A DNA stretch of 64,000 bases from a virus. Where the stretch lies: IMG/VR virus record IMGVR_UViG_3300031991_000112. The stretch is one strand, 5' to 3'. A program made the translations under genes and the position numbers. A model generated the notes under the pieces. It did no database searches. It was given only the letters and a program-made list of their open reading frames with translations, and had not been told where the DNA came from. Of this stretch, positions 45,166 through 54,713 are shown piece by piece (positions within the stretch are counted from its first letter, which is position 1; each line of letters starts with the position of its first letter).

Positions 45166-46083
45166 ATGCGTGACATACTCTCGGTCGATGATTTCGCTCA
45201 AGAAGATATTGCCGAACTTTGCACACTCGCTGACGGTTTTCGGCGTTACCGAATGGCGGCGAATTCCAATCTCATGAAAGTCAACCTGAATTTTGATTTT
45301 CGTGGAAGGCTCATGGGAACGCTGTTCATTGAACCGTCTACTAGAACAAGGTTGTCTTTTGAATCGGCTATGAAGAGGTTGGGTGGAGATGTCATCAAAA
45401 TCGATAATCCAAAATCTGCATCGACTGAAAAAGGCGAGTCTTTCCAAGACACGCTCAGAACTATCGGGCAATACGTCGATGTTCTCGTGGTTCGCACCGA
45501 CCGGAAGATTTCCGATCATCCTAGAAACTACGTCAATTGTCCAGTTATCAATGCTGGTGATGGTGCTGGTGAACACCCAACTCAAGCCCTCACCGATCTT
45601 TATACCATGTGGCGTAAATTTCCTGATCTCCGTGGTGAAGTTGCAATCACAGGTGACCTAAAACATGGTCGTGCCGCACACTCAGTAATCCGTATGTTGA
45701 ACCTTTATACCAAGTTCAACGTTCATGTCTACAGTTATACACCGTTTGACCTCAAAACTATCGGTGATATCAAGTATCCTGAAAACCTTCATTTCGTGAA
45801 GGATGAAAAGTCTTTAGAGAGTCGCCTCCCCGATCTCGATGTGCTTTATATGACTCGTTTTCAAAAAGAACGTGTTGATCTACAAGCGGTGATTCCTCAA
45901 AAATTCATTTTGACAACTGATCGTTTGGCTGGGATGAAGCGTGATGCAATGCTTCTCCACCCGCTGCCTAGATTGGACGAGATTCCAAGAGAGATCGATA
46001 ATGATCCTCGTGCAGCGTATTTTGAACAGGTGCAAAATGGGATGTATGCGAGGATGGCTTTGTTGCACAAGATTTTTGCGTGA
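45166..46083 (+). CDS. pyrB: Aspartate carbamoyltransferase catalytic subunit
   Basis: FIEPSTRTRLSFE, KGESFQDT, INAGDGAGEHPTQAL, GDLKHGR, LYMTRFQKER, HPLPR. Confidence 0.95.
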   Translation: MRDILSVDDFAQEDIAELCTLADGFRRYRMAANSNLMKVNLNFDFRGRLMGTLFIEPSTRTRLSFESAMKRLGGDVIKIDNPKSASTEKGESFQDTLRTIGQYVDVLVVRTDRKISDHPRNYVNCPVINAGDGAGEHPTQALTDLYTMWRKFPDLRGEVAITGDLKHGRAAHSVIRMLNLYTKFNVHVYSYTPFDLKTIGDIKYPENLHFVKDEKSLESRLPDLDVLYMTRFQKERVDLQAVIPQKFILTTDRLAGMKRDAMLLHPLPRLDEIPREIDNDPRAAYFEQVQNGMYARMALLHKIFA

Positions 46084-46098
46084 AGCCTATATACTTGC

Positions 46099-46695
46099 AT
46101 GAACAGTTTTAGACTTTGGCTCGAAGAACAAGAAAACGCAGAGGCTAATCGGAAGAATTTTTTCGATCAGGTCATGCGTACCTTGCAAGCTACGGAAGAC
46201 GATCTGAGCAAGCCTCTTGATGAGCTTCCAGCAGTCCGTACACCAAAACCCGCTGATGGCGAGTCTCAACCGCCAAGTAAGGGTCGTGGTGCTCTCGTCA
46301 AAGTACAACAACTTCTAAGTAACATCTTGCAACAGATGTCTAATGATCGTGGTGATGTAGATAGCTCGGTTCGAGCTAAACGCACGATGGATATGCTGAA
46401 CAAGCGGTCAAATGACGGCAAAGTCAGTCCAGACCTTTATTTACAAGATTTGTTACGTGAGCTTTTTGGCAATGATTTCCATCAGGACTTCTTGAATTCT
46501 CAGCCGAGTGCTGACACGAAACCTACGCCACCACCGGATGACAACGCCGCCATGCAACAGGGTCAAGACCCGGCAGCAGGGGCAGACTTGAATGATCCAA
46601 CTGGTGGTGCTGGAATGGAACAGCCACCGGGCGGGATTCCTGACGAAATGCCTATGCCCAATAAGCCTCCTTTTGGCGGACGCAAGTTCATTTGA
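46099..46695 (+). CDS. Hypothetical protein, candidate virion internal protein
   Basis: TATATA 5 nt upstream of ATG; MNSFRLWLEEQE; Pro/Gly/Met-rich tail. Confidence 0.7.
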   Translation: MNSFRLWLEEQENAEANRKNFFDQVMRTLQATEDDLSKPLDELPAVRTPKPADGESQPPSKGRGALVKVQQLLSNILQQMSNDRGDVDSSVRAKRTMDMLNKRSNDGKVSPDLYLQDLLRELFGNDFHQDFLNSQPSADTKPTPPPDDNAAMQQGQDPAAGADLNDPTGGAGMEQPPGGIPDEMPMPNKPPFGGRKFI

Positions 46696-46717
46696 TTTTT
46701 GGGACCAAAAACCAGCC

Positions 46718-46745
46718 TTTACAAAGTTCGTAAAATTCGTATCCT
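46718..46745 (+). promoter_or_regulatory. Conserved promoter, class TTTACA-N12-TTCG-TAnnnT
   Basis: TTTACA-aagttcgtaaaa-TTCG-TATCCT. Confidence 0.45.
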
Positions 46746-46780
46746 ATACGGGTCGTTGAAAGAGATTTTTCTCTCTCGGT

Positions 46781-46808
46781 TTAACAAAACCGAACAACTC
46801 CGTAGAAT
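46781..46808 (+). promoter_or_regulatory. Conserved promoter, same class
   Basis: TTAACA-N12-TCCG-TAGAAT. Confidence 0.6.
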
Positions 46809-46819
46809 AGGAACCGAAC

Positions 46820-47005
46820 ATGTCTGTGTTGATTTGGATTGCTTTGCTCGTCGGTATTTTCGTTTGGCCAGAAGCCACACTATGCGTGGTATTGTTTCAA
46901 GCGGGCTACCCGATCCTCGCAGTTCTTGCAATTTTCGCCACGTTCTTCAACGGTCGAGACATCGTGAAGAACAAAATCAAGGAAGCTAAAGAAGTGCAAT
47001 CATGA
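46820..47005 (+). CDS. Small two-TM membrane protein
   Basis: Two hydrophobic segments; AGGAA RBS. Confidence 0.6.
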   Translation: MSVLIWIALLVGIFVWPEATLCVVLFQAGYPILAVLAIFATFFNGRDIVKNKIKEAKEVQS

Positions 47006-47538
47006 ACGAACGCCGTCTGGTAATCATGCGTGGTCTGCCGTGGTGTGGGAAGTCCTACACTGCGAAGCAAATCGCTGGGGATGTAGGAGTGGTCTATGCG
47101 ACCGACGACTACTTCTACACCGAAGTGGACCCGCACGCACCAGACGTTTACAACTTCGTTCCTCGCTTCTTGGCTTATGCCCATAAGTGGAACTTTATCC
47201 GTGCTACCTTGCAGATCAACATTGGTCATCCATTGGTGATCATCGACAACACCAACACTACTGCTTCGGAACCGAAGAAGTATGTCGAGTACGCTTTATG
47301 TCAAGACTACGAAGTTGAGATTCAAGAGCCTACCAGTGACCGTTGGCAGGAGATTCGTGAATTGCTCCAACGCAAGAAGGAGTGTAAGAAGGAACTCCGT
47401 GAATGGGCTGCGAAGTTGGCTGAAGGTAGCAAGGAAACTCACAACGTACCACAATTCGCCATCGAAAAGATGATGTGGCGTTGGGAGAATGACCTGACTG
47501 TGGACCAGATTGTCGCTGCACCCGACTACGGTGCTTGA
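47002..47538 (+). CDS. P-loop kinase (AAA_33 / NEDD4-binding-protein-2-like)
   Basis: IMRGLPWCGKS, ATDDYF, AHKWN, IIDNTNT, HNVP. Confidence 0.8.
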   Translation: MNERRLVIMRGLPWCGKSYTAKQIAGDVGVVYATDDYFYTEVDPHAPDVYNFVPRFLAYAHKWNFIRATLQINIGHPLVIIDNTNTTASEPKKYVEYALCQDYEVEIQEPTSDRWQEIRELLQRKKECKKELREWAAKLAEGSKETHNVPQFAIEKMMWRWENDLTVDQIVAAPDYGA

Positions 47539-47567
47539 AACTGAACCCTGAATAGGAGAACTGAACC

Positions 47568-49397
47568 ATGAAGAGAATTCTGATGTCCTGTCTCGCACTT
47601 TTTCTGTGCGTAGCCACTGTTCAAGCCGAAGAGCCTTTTTCAAAGCTCGTTGGTGATGTGCAGGTTGCGAATGTCCAAGAACCCGGTGGCGTCACTCGTG
47701 TGCCGTTCATCACTTGGGGTGGAGACGTTGCAACCTTCCACGCCAACGGTGGACTCAAAACCAAGCCCGGTTCCATTTTTGCAAATCAAGGTTTGAACCT
47801 TGAACTGACTCCCGGTGACGACTTCGTACAGCAGGTACGGGATTACATGACCGGTAAAACCCCGTACCTGCGTGGTACGATGCGTATGATTGGTCAAGCC
47901 TCTGAGGTTCTGAATTCAAACCCTCAGACCAAGCCGGTTGTTGTTTTCCAGATGACTTGGAGTGCTGGCGACCATATCGTCGGTATTGCATCCATCAAAG
48001 AACTCGGTGACCTCAAAGGAAAACGAGTTGCACTACAGCGTGGTGGACCTCACTTGGGTCTTCTTGACGACGCTTTGCGTGCCGCTGGCATGACTTGGAA
48101 AGACATCACTGTTGTGTGGTGTAAAGACCTGACTGCCACCGATGAGTCTCCTGCCGCCAAGATTCGTGCGGGTCTTGCCGATGCTGCTTGCGTGATCACG
48201 CCCGATATGATCGGTTTGACCGGTGGTCTCGATAGCAAAGGTTCTGGTGCTGAAGGAACTCTGAAAGACGCTCGTGTAGTGGTTTCAACCGCTCAGATGT
48301 CTCGCTCGATTGCTGACGTTTATGTCTGTCGTCGTGATTACTTCAACGCCAACAAAGAGAAGGTCCAGAAGTTTTTCGCTGGCTATCTCAAGGGGTGTGA
48401 AGAAATTATCGCCGAACAGAAGAAGTACAACGACGGCAAGGGTTCGTCCGCTGTTTACGTCAACGCCCTGAAGTTGGCTCAGTCGATCTACGGCGAAGAA
48501 GTCATCCCAACATGGGAAGTCGATGCACACGGTTTGGTTCTCGACTGTACCTATGTCCGTTTGCCCGGTAACGTCAGCTTCTTCACTGACGCTGGTAATT
48601 TGAACGGGTTTGAGAAGAAAATGGCTAACGCCCTTGACCTTGCTACAAGTTTGGGATTGGCGTCGAACCGTTTCGGTTTTGAAGCTCCCGGCTTTGACTA
48701 TCGTCAAGTAGCAACTCTGGCTGGCGTCGAATACGTTGCACCAGTTGCTTCGACTGGTCGTATTCAGGGTGAGATTGAAAAGTTCACCGAAGAGTTGGAT
48801 GACAACACGATCTTGACTTTTGTCATCGAATTCAAGCCCAACCAGAACACTTTCTCGGTTGACACTTACGGTGCCGAGTTCAAGCGAGTTATCGAGAATG
48901 CCAGCACGTTCGGTAACGCCGTGTTTGCTGTTCGTGGTCACGCTGATCCGACTGCCACTCTTCGCAGCTTCTTGAAGGCTGGAATGCAGAAGGGTATCAT
49001 CACCCGAACCGGTGAGAGCGAAGCCAATGGTGGAAAGGGTTACACCTACTACCTGCGTGGTAAAGAGCTTGACTTGAATCAGACTGACGCCTTGGTGCGG
49101 GAAATCCAGCAAGGGAACTTCACTGGTGCTTCGGAAAATCCGAATCAAGTCATGCAGGCAGCACTCAATTTGTCCCTGACACGTTCGGAAGCTATTAAGG
49201 ATGCGATTCTTGAGTTTGCAAAGGCTCAAGGGATCAACCTTGACCCTTCGCAAATCCAACCTCAAGGCGTCGGCATCCGTGAACCGATTGTCGCCAAGCC
49301 TACCAGCATGGAAGAAGCACAGCAGAATATGCGTGTCGAGTTCCGTCTGATCAAGGTTCCTGCCGAAGCTCTCAACGCTTCCGACTTCGATTTCTAA
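47568..49397 (+). CDS. Secreted NMT1/THI5-type substrate-binding domain fused to a C-terminal OmpA-like domain
   Basis: Signal peptide; VPFITWGGD, SAGDHIV, GKRVALQRGGPH; OmpA-like VRGHAD...LSLTRSEAIK...NMRVEF with internal insertion. Confidence 0.8.
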   Translation: MKRILMSCLALFLCVATVQAEEPFSKLVGDVQVANVQEPGGVTRVPFITWGGDVATFHANGGLKTKPGSIFANQGLNLELTPGDDFVQQVRDYMTGKTPYLRGTMRMIGQASEVLNSNPQTKPVVVFQMTWSAGDHIVGIASIKELGDLKGKRVALQRGGPHLGLLDDALRAAGMTWKDITVVWCKDLTATDESPAAKIRAGLADAACVITPDMIGLTGGLDSKGSGAEGTLKDARVVVSTAQMSRSIADVYVCRRDYFNANKEKVQKFFAGYLKGCEEIIAEQKKYNDGKGSSAVYVNALKLAQSIYGEEVIPTWEVDAHGLVLDCTYVRLPGNVSFFTDAGNLNGFEKKMANALDLATSLGLASNRFGFEAPGFDYRQVATLAGVEYVAPVASTGRIQGEIEKFTEELDDNTILTFVIEFKPNQNTFSVDTYGAEFKRVIENASTFGNAVFAVRGHADPTATLRSFLKAGMQKGIITRTGESEANGGKGYTYYLRGKELDLNQTDALVREIQQGNFTGASENPNQVMQAALNLSLTRSEAIKDAILEFAKAQGINLDPSQIQPQGVGIREPIVAKPTSMEEAQQNMRVEFRLIKVPAEALNASDFDF

Positions 49398-49410
49398 AGC
49401 GTTTGACAAT

Positions 49411-49441
49411 AAAGACCCTGCTGATTGTCAGCAGGGTCTTT
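49411..49441 (+). terminator. Hairpin/terminator
   Basis: AAAGACCCTGCTGA-ttg-TCAGCAGGGTCTTT. Confidence 0.75.
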
Positions 49442-49484
49442 GTCAAGCTTTCCAAATACAATCCATGTGTAGGAGAATTGAACC

Positions 49485-50390
49485 ATGAAGAGATTCCTTG
49501 CTGCTCTCGTTCTACTGCTTGTTGCTTCACAAGCGAATGCGGCTGAGAGCCGAAACAACATCGTGATCTTGCTTGATACTTCAGGCTCGATGAGTGAACA
49601 GATGAGAACTGTTCGACAGAGTAAGTGGGATGCGGCTAAGTCTGCTCTCATCAATGTCGTCGATCAGATTCCAGAAAACACAAACATTGGACTCCTGCTT
49701 TTCAATCCAGAAGATTGGCGTTACGATCTCGGTCCTGTCAACAAAGCCGATCTCACTCGTGCGATTCAGTCGGCACAAATCACTGATCGTTCTGGCACGC
49801 CTCTTGGCACTTACATGAAAAAGGGTGTTGATCGGCTTTTGCAGGAACGTGAAAAGTCTTTTGGTTACGGCACCTATAAGTTGTTGATCGTTACGGATGG
49901 CGATCCAACCAATGAGCCTTCTGGTCTTGTGGACAAATTCTTGCCGGATATTCTTGCTCGTGGTATCACGGTCGAATGTATCGGCGTGAGTATGGCGAGC
50001 CACAGTGTTCTCAAGGACAAAGTACACAAGTACATGTCTGCTGATGATCCAACTTCGCTGACACAGCAGATTCAGAGTACTGTGCTTGCTGAAGTTTCTT
50101 TGGAAGATGGAGTCGGCGGTTTTGAAGAGTTGAGCGGCATTCCTACGCCGACTGCCGAGGCGATCATCAGTACGTTGTCCACGTCGGGTAATCATCCGAT
50201 TGGCGAGAATCCTCCAAAGGTGATTGTGGATCAAGAGACTGGACAAACGCAAGTCGTACCGGGTGGACCAATTAACCCAACTCAGGCAGATAGTGGTATG
50301 GGCATCATCGGCGTCGTATTGATTGTTGTGGTCGTGGTTGTCCTTGCCTTTCTGTTTTGTGGTTGTGTGTTAAGCGGCAACCGTTATTGA
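49485..50390 (+). CDS. Exported vWA domain protein with C-terminal TM anchor
   Basis: Signal peptide; ILLDTSGSM MIDAS, GTPL, IVTDGDP; C-terminal hydrophobic helix. Confidence 0.88.
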   Translation: MKRFLAALVLLLVASQANAAESRNNIVILLDTSGSMSEQMRTVRQSKWDAAKSALINVVDQIPENTNIGLLLFNPEDWRYDLGPVNKADLTRAIQSAQITDRSGTPLGTYMKKGVDRLLQEREKSFGYGTYKLLIVTDGDPTNEPSGLVDKFLPDILARGITVECIGVSMASHSVLKDKVHKYMSADDPTSLTQQIQSTVLAEVSLEDGVGGFEELSGIPTPTAEAIISTLSTSGNHPIGENPPKVIVDQETGQTQVVPGGPINPTQADSGMGIIGVVLIVVVVVVLAFLFCGCVLSGNRY

Positions 50391-50420
50391 TCGTCCAGAT
50401 ACCGTCGAAGGAGGATTCCA

Positions 50421-51986
50421 ATGGGAGATAAAAGCATGTCAAAAGTCAAGATGCTCTTTGTGGGCATCGTTTGGCTAGGAATTCTTGGTGTTGGGGTTTT
50501 GGGGTATCGATGGATTTTCGTGCCTCAACAAGAGAAAGCCGCCGAACAAGCCGCCGAACAAGCGGCTGTTCAACAAAAAGAAGAACTTCTCAACCACACC
50601 AGTGCGAATGCACGGTACACAGAACAAGTACAGATCAACCTCGACTCTTTCAGTGGTTACTCTGTACTTCGTTCGGAAGAGTTCCGCAATGAACTCGGTT
50701 CATATAAGATTGGCTTGACCCTCAAAGACGATGGTGCCGACTACACACAGCGTCTCAAGGATATCCAAGACGGAAAGTCACAGTTCGCCGTCTTTACGGT
50801 AGACGCTTTGATCAAAGCGTCTCAGGAACTTGGCGACCTTCCGGGGACAATCATTTTTGTTGTTGATGAATCTCGTGGTGCTGATGCAGCAATCGGTGTG
50901 GAACGCATCATCAGTAACATCGATGCATTGAACGACCCGGAAACAAAATTTGTAGTCGTCCCCGACTCGCCTAATGAGACGTTGGCACGAGTCATTATGT
51001 CTTACTTTTCTCTCGACCGCCTTGGCAATGATCCGTTTATTCGAGTCAATTCAGCCAAGGAGTTGTATGAAATGTATAGGCGGCATAAGCCAACTGAGAA
51101 GCGTATTTTCGTGACTTGGGAACCTTATGTTTCAAAGATGGCAGAGAACCCCGACTACAAGATTTTGGTTGATTCAAGCAAGTTCCGTGGGTATATCGTG
51201 GATGTTATGGTGGTTAGCCGTGACTACCTTGCCAAGAATCCACGCCAAGTTCGCAATGTTACTGAAGCCTACTTTAGGTCGATGTTTCATCATCAAAACA
51301 ATCTGCCGCAGCTTTTGACAGATGATTCGATTCGGATTGGTGAACCCTTAAAGCCTGAATTGGCTGAGTCCTTGGCAGAAAAGATTCGCTGGCGGAACAC
51401 TCGTGAGAACTACGCTCATTTCGGTTTGGCTCAAGGAACTGGTCTTCAACATATCGAAGACGTGATCATCAACATCACACGAGTTCTGCGTCAGACCGGT
51501 GGTATTCCTGATGATCCAACCGGTGGTCGCCCGAACCAACTGTACTACGATCAGATTCTCAAAGACATGATGGCTGCGAACTTCCATCCCGGCAATGTCG
51601 GTGATCAAGAAAAGATCAGGGACGATACGCAGCTTGCGGCTCTTTCAGATGAGGATTGGAAACGTTTGGAACCAGTAGGAACTTTGCAGGTTCCAAATCT
51701 TGTATTCGCTCGTGGAACTTCTCGTTTGACCGAGAGTAGCAAGCATACGCTTGATGAACTGGTGCAAAAGTTGAAAGATGCTCCGCAGTTTTATCTTCTA
51801 GTTACCGGCAATGCTGGTCTTGAAGGTAACCTTGACGCCAATACAGCTTTGGCAATGTCGAGAGCGGAAACCGCAAAAGAGTATCTGATCAGTGCAGGAA
51901 TTCCAGCCCAACGCATTCGTGCGGTAGGTGGTGAACCGAGCGGTCAAACGATTGTTACATTCGTAGTCGGTCAGTTACCTTACTGA
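50421..51986 (+). CDS. Membrane-anchored substrate-binding domain fused to an OmpA-like domain
   Basis: N-terminal TM; DSFSGY, DESRGADA, VTWEPY, YIVDVMVV; OmpA-like AMSRAETAKEYL...GIPAQRI. Confidence 0.8.
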   Translation: MGDKSMSKVKMLFVGIVWLGILGVGVLGYRWIFVPQQEKAAEQAAEQAAVQQKEELLNHTSANARYTEQVQINLDSFSGYSVLRSEEFRNELGSYKIGLTLKDDGADYTQRLKDIQDGKSQFAVFTVDALIKASQELGDLPGTIIFVVDESRGADAAIGVERIISNIDALNDPETKFVVVPDSPNETLARVIMSYFSLDRLGNDPFIRVNSAKELYEMYRRHKPTEKRIFVTWEPYVSKMAENPDYKILVDSSKFRGYIVDVMVVSRDYLAKNPRQVRNVTEAYFRSMFHHQNNLPQLLTDDSIRIGEPLKPELAESLAEKIRWRNTRENYAHFGLAQGTGLQHIEDVIINITRVLRQTGGIPDDPTGGRPNQLYYDQILKDMMAANFHPGNVGDQEKIRDDTQLAALSDEDWKRLEPVGTLQVPNLVFARGTSRLTESSKHTLDELVQKLKDAPQFYLLVTGNAGLEGNLDANTALAMSRAETAKEYLISAGIPAQRIRAVGGEPSGQTIVTFVVGQLPY

Positions 51987-51992
51987 TCGTCC

Positions 51993-52028
51993 AAAATGGA
52001 CCGGGAGGCAGGCTCCCGGTCCATTTTT
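51993..52028 (+). terminator. Intrinsic terminator
   Basis: AAAATGGACCGGGAG-gcagg-CTCCCGGTCCATTTT. Confidence 0.85.
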
Positions 52029-52041
52029 ATTGGAGTTTCTC

Positions 52042-52794
52042 ATGAGAATACTTGTCACAAGTGGAGGCACCAAAGTTCCTATTGATAGCGTTCGTGATAT
52101 TACGAATATGAGCAAAGGAACCTTTGGAACCAAAATTGCGAAACTGTTCATGACCGCTGGTCATGAAGTTACGTTCTTTTATGGCAAAGACACCAAAACA
52201 CCACTCAAATTTGAGTTGGATTCGTTCCAACAGCCAGATTACGAACGCTCGATGAGTTTGTTCGCTGGGCATTTGATGGATGTTGCCCTGTATAAAGATC
52301 GTTACTCCGAGAGAGTCTTCCGTAACTTTGATGATTACGAAGATGGTTTTTGGAAATTGATGAACGCTTACAATTACGATATCGTTGTCCTTGCGGCGGC
52401 GGTAAGTGATTACGGAGTTGTTCCAATTTCTGGAAAAGCTCGTAGTAGCGAGGAATTGAAGCTTGAACTCTTTCCACTGCCAAAAATTATTTCAAAGGTC
52501 AAGCAGAAGTTTCCAGACACTTGCTTGGTTGGGTTCAAGTTGTTGGTTGGCAGCACTGATGAGGAATTGATTGCTGCTGTCAAAGCCAGCATGGAAAATA
52601 ACGGTTGTGATTTGGTTGTTGGGAATGATCTGCGTGATATCAAGCAAGGTGACCATCGGTTGTTGCTTGGTTTCAAAGATGGCGGCGAGGTTCTACCTTT
52701 TAGTACCAAACCCGACGACAGTGAATTTTTGGCATCAATTGTTGTTTCTTATGCCATCGAACAAAGGGTTTTACAAATCCAGAAAAGTTCGTAG
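52042..52794 (+). CDS. coaB: Phosphopantothenate-cysteine ligase (stand-alone CoaB)
   Basis: ILVTSGGTKVPIDSVRDITNMSKGTFG, LAAAVSDY, VGFKL, LVVGNDL. Confidence 0.88.
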   Translation: MRILVTSGGTKVPIDSVRDITNMSKGTFGTKIAKLFMTAGHEVTFFYGKDTKTPLKFELDSFQQPDYERSMSLFAGHLMDVALYKDRYSERVFRNFDDYEDGFWKLMNAYNYDIVVLAAAVSDYGVVPISGKARSSEELKLELFPLPKIISKVKQKFPDTCLVGFKLLVGSTDEELIAAVKASMENNGCDLVVGNDLRDIKQGDHRLLLGFKDGGEVLPFSTKPDDSEFLASIVVSYAIEQRVLQIQKSS

Positions 52795-52797
52795 AAT
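52770..52797 (+). promoter_or_regulatory. Conserved promoter upstream of coaC-M23
   Basis: TTTACA-aatccagaaaag-TTCG-TAGAAT. Confidence 0.65.
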
Positions 52798-52803
52798 ACC
52801 GTC

Positions 52804-53871
52804 ATGAACATCTTACTTGGAATAACCGGAAGTGTGGCAGCAAAGCTGGCACCTAAGTTGCAAACCGCTTTACAAAAGTTGGGTGATGTAACTTGTGTTG
52901 CTACGCAGTCTTCGCTCAACTTCTTGTCTGAAGAATTTGAGTGTCTTACAGACGCCGACGAGTGGGGTGTTTGGAAACAAGAAGAGAGTGTTTTGCATAT
53001 CGATCTTCGCCGTAAAGCATCTATTTTGGTGTTGGCTCCATTGGATGCTAATACTTTAGCAAAGATGGCGAATGGTTTATGTGACAATCTGCTTACTTCC
53101 GTCATTCGTGCGTGGGACACCAATCGTCCTATTGTGATTGCCCCGGCGATGAATACGTTCATGTGGGAACATCCTTTGACCGCCGAGCATATTCGGCGTA
53201 TTAGTGAATTGCCTTGTGTGCATGTGGTTCAGCCACAAACCAAAACTCTTGTTTGTGGTGATACGGGTGTCGGGGCGATGTGTGACATCGAACAGATTGT
53301 TTCCAAGGTTGAAGCTTTAACCAAATGGAGCTTCCCGTTGCTCGAACGTCGTGGTGTTCCGAAGGGGAATCATCCCGGTGCGTTTGGATACAAACGAAAA
53401 TATGATCGGCACACTGGTGTTGATCTTTATTGCGACGTTAGCAAGTACAATGCGGTCTATGCTGTTGAGTCTGGTGTTGTGGTTCAGATTGAACATTTCA
53501 CTGGATCGAAAGATAACTCACCTTGGTGGAATGATACCAAGTGTGTAATGATTGAGGGTGCGAGTGGTGTCGTCAATTATGGAGAGATTGAACCTGACGC
53601 CATTTATGTTGGTGCCCAAGTCAAGCGTGGTATGCAGGTTGGACGTGTAGTGCCGGTTTTGCCGGTTTTGCCTGAAGGTAAAGAGCGACCAGATTTACCC
53701 GGTCATTCACGTTCTATGTTGCATGTTGAGTTGTATGAACACGGGGTTCGCCGTGCCTCTGATAAATGGGACCATGATGGACCAACCCCACCGGGGCTTA
53801 AAGACCCGACGCCATATTTGTTGAATTGTAAAGATGGTGTTCAGGAGGTTCTTGAATGCCCGGTTGGATGA
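52804..53871 (+). CDS. coaC: Phosphopantothenoylcysteine decarboxylase (CoaC flavoprotein) fused to an M23 peptidase-like domain
   Basis: ILLGITGSVAA, HIDL, APLDANTLAKMANGLCDNLLT, PAMNTFMW, LVCGDTG; then RHTGVDLY...AVESGVV...MLHVE. Confidence 0.88.
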   Translation: MNILLGITGSVAAKLAPKLQTALQKLGDVTCVATQSSLNFLSEEFECLTDADEWGVWKQEESVLHIDLRRKASILVLAPLDANTLAKMANGLCDNLLTSVIRAWDTNRPIVIAPAMNTFMWEHPLTAEHIRRISELPCVHVVQPQTKTLVCGDTGVGAMCDIEQIVSKVEALTKWSFPLLERRGVPKGNHPGAFGYKRKYDRHTGVDLYCDVSKYNAVYAVESGVVVQIEHFTGSKDNSPWWNDTKCVMIEGASGVVNYGEIEPDAIYVGAQVKRGMQVGRVVPVLPVLPEGKERPDLPGHSRSMLHVELYEHGVRRASDKWDHDGPTPPGLKDPTPYLLNCKDGVQEVLECPVG

Positions 53872-54683
53872 CTTTACAAGAAACTCTTGACTCCACAGGA
53901 GAATCTATACCAACTTTCAGGAGAACGCACGTGAAACCCGAAAACAATGTAGTCGATAAGATTCGGCAAAAAATCTTACTCGACTTGTTCATCACGCCTT
54001 ATTCTTTGTTCCCATTCATTGGCGGTTGCAGTCTGTTGATGCTTGCTTGGGCGACCAAGGTTTATGGGATTTTTGCATTCGGTGGTTTCATCGGTTGTGT
54101 GCTTGGAATTGGCGTGGCTCTGACCAACTTCTTGTTCAACATCGACAAGTTTTCAGAGAAAGCTGTACAACAGGTCAAAGCGGCGATGATGAAGCAACGA
54201 GAGGGACAGTTAAATGAACTGGCTCGAAAGTTGACACTTACTCGTGAACGCAAGGATGATGACTGTCTGGAAGCGTTGCGTAGTTTGTACAAGGACTTTT
54301 TGCGTGATCTTGAAGACAATCGAATTGACGTGACGCCAGAGATCATCACGCAAGTTGACCATATCTTTGAAGAGTGCATTACTGCTTTGGACCACTCTTG
54401 CGACTTATACCACACGGCAGGAAACATGCCGAAGGGTCAAAAACAATCTGTCTTGGATAAACGGAATGCTGTTCTTGGTGAAGTTGAAGAGAGCGTCAAT
54501 TTGCTCTCAGACCTGATGGTTCAGGTTCGGACCATGAACACGCAAGAAAAGAAAATTCGTCTTGCAAAGTTGCGTGGTGAACTTCGTACACAATTGGAAG
54601 CCGCCGAAGCTACCAATGAGCGTATGTTGAACATCGAACATGGCGGTGTGGACGAAGATTATTCCGAATATCTCAAAGAGTAG
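53868..54683 (+). CDS. Two-TM protein with cytoplasmic helical domain (XpaC-like architecture)
   Basis: Two N-terminal TM helices then coiled-coil; ATGA overlap; directly upstream of pspA. Confidence 0.6.
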   Translation: MTLQETLDSTGESIPTFRRTHVKPENNVVDKIRQKILLDLFITPYSLFPFIGGCSLLMLAWATKVYGIFAFGGFIGCVLGIGVALTNFLFNIDKFSEKAVQQVKAAMMKQREGQLNELARKLTLTRERKDDDCLEALRSLYKDFLRDLEDNRIDVTPEIITQVDHIFEECITALDHSCDLYHTAGNMPKGQKQSVLDKRNAVLGEVEESVNLLSDLMVQVRTMNTQEKKIRLAKLRGELRTQLEAAEATNERMLNIEHGGVDEDYSEYLKE

Positions 54684-54685
54684 GT

Positions 54686-54713
54686 TTTACAAATCAATTC
54701 GACTTCGTAGAAT
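54686..54713 (+). promoter_or_regulatory. Conserved promoter upstream of pspA
   Basis: TTTACA-aatcaattcgac-TTCG-TAGAAT. Confidence 0.65.

Noticed and set aside
48285-49409. 374-aa antisense ORF
   Set aside because: Exact shadow of the SBP-OmpA gene; no motifs, and explained by codon bias on the coding strand.
50540-50570. Short tandem repeat GCCGCCGAACAA
   Set aside because: In-frame coding repeat (AAEQ) in a linker; not a CRISPR or regulatory repeat.
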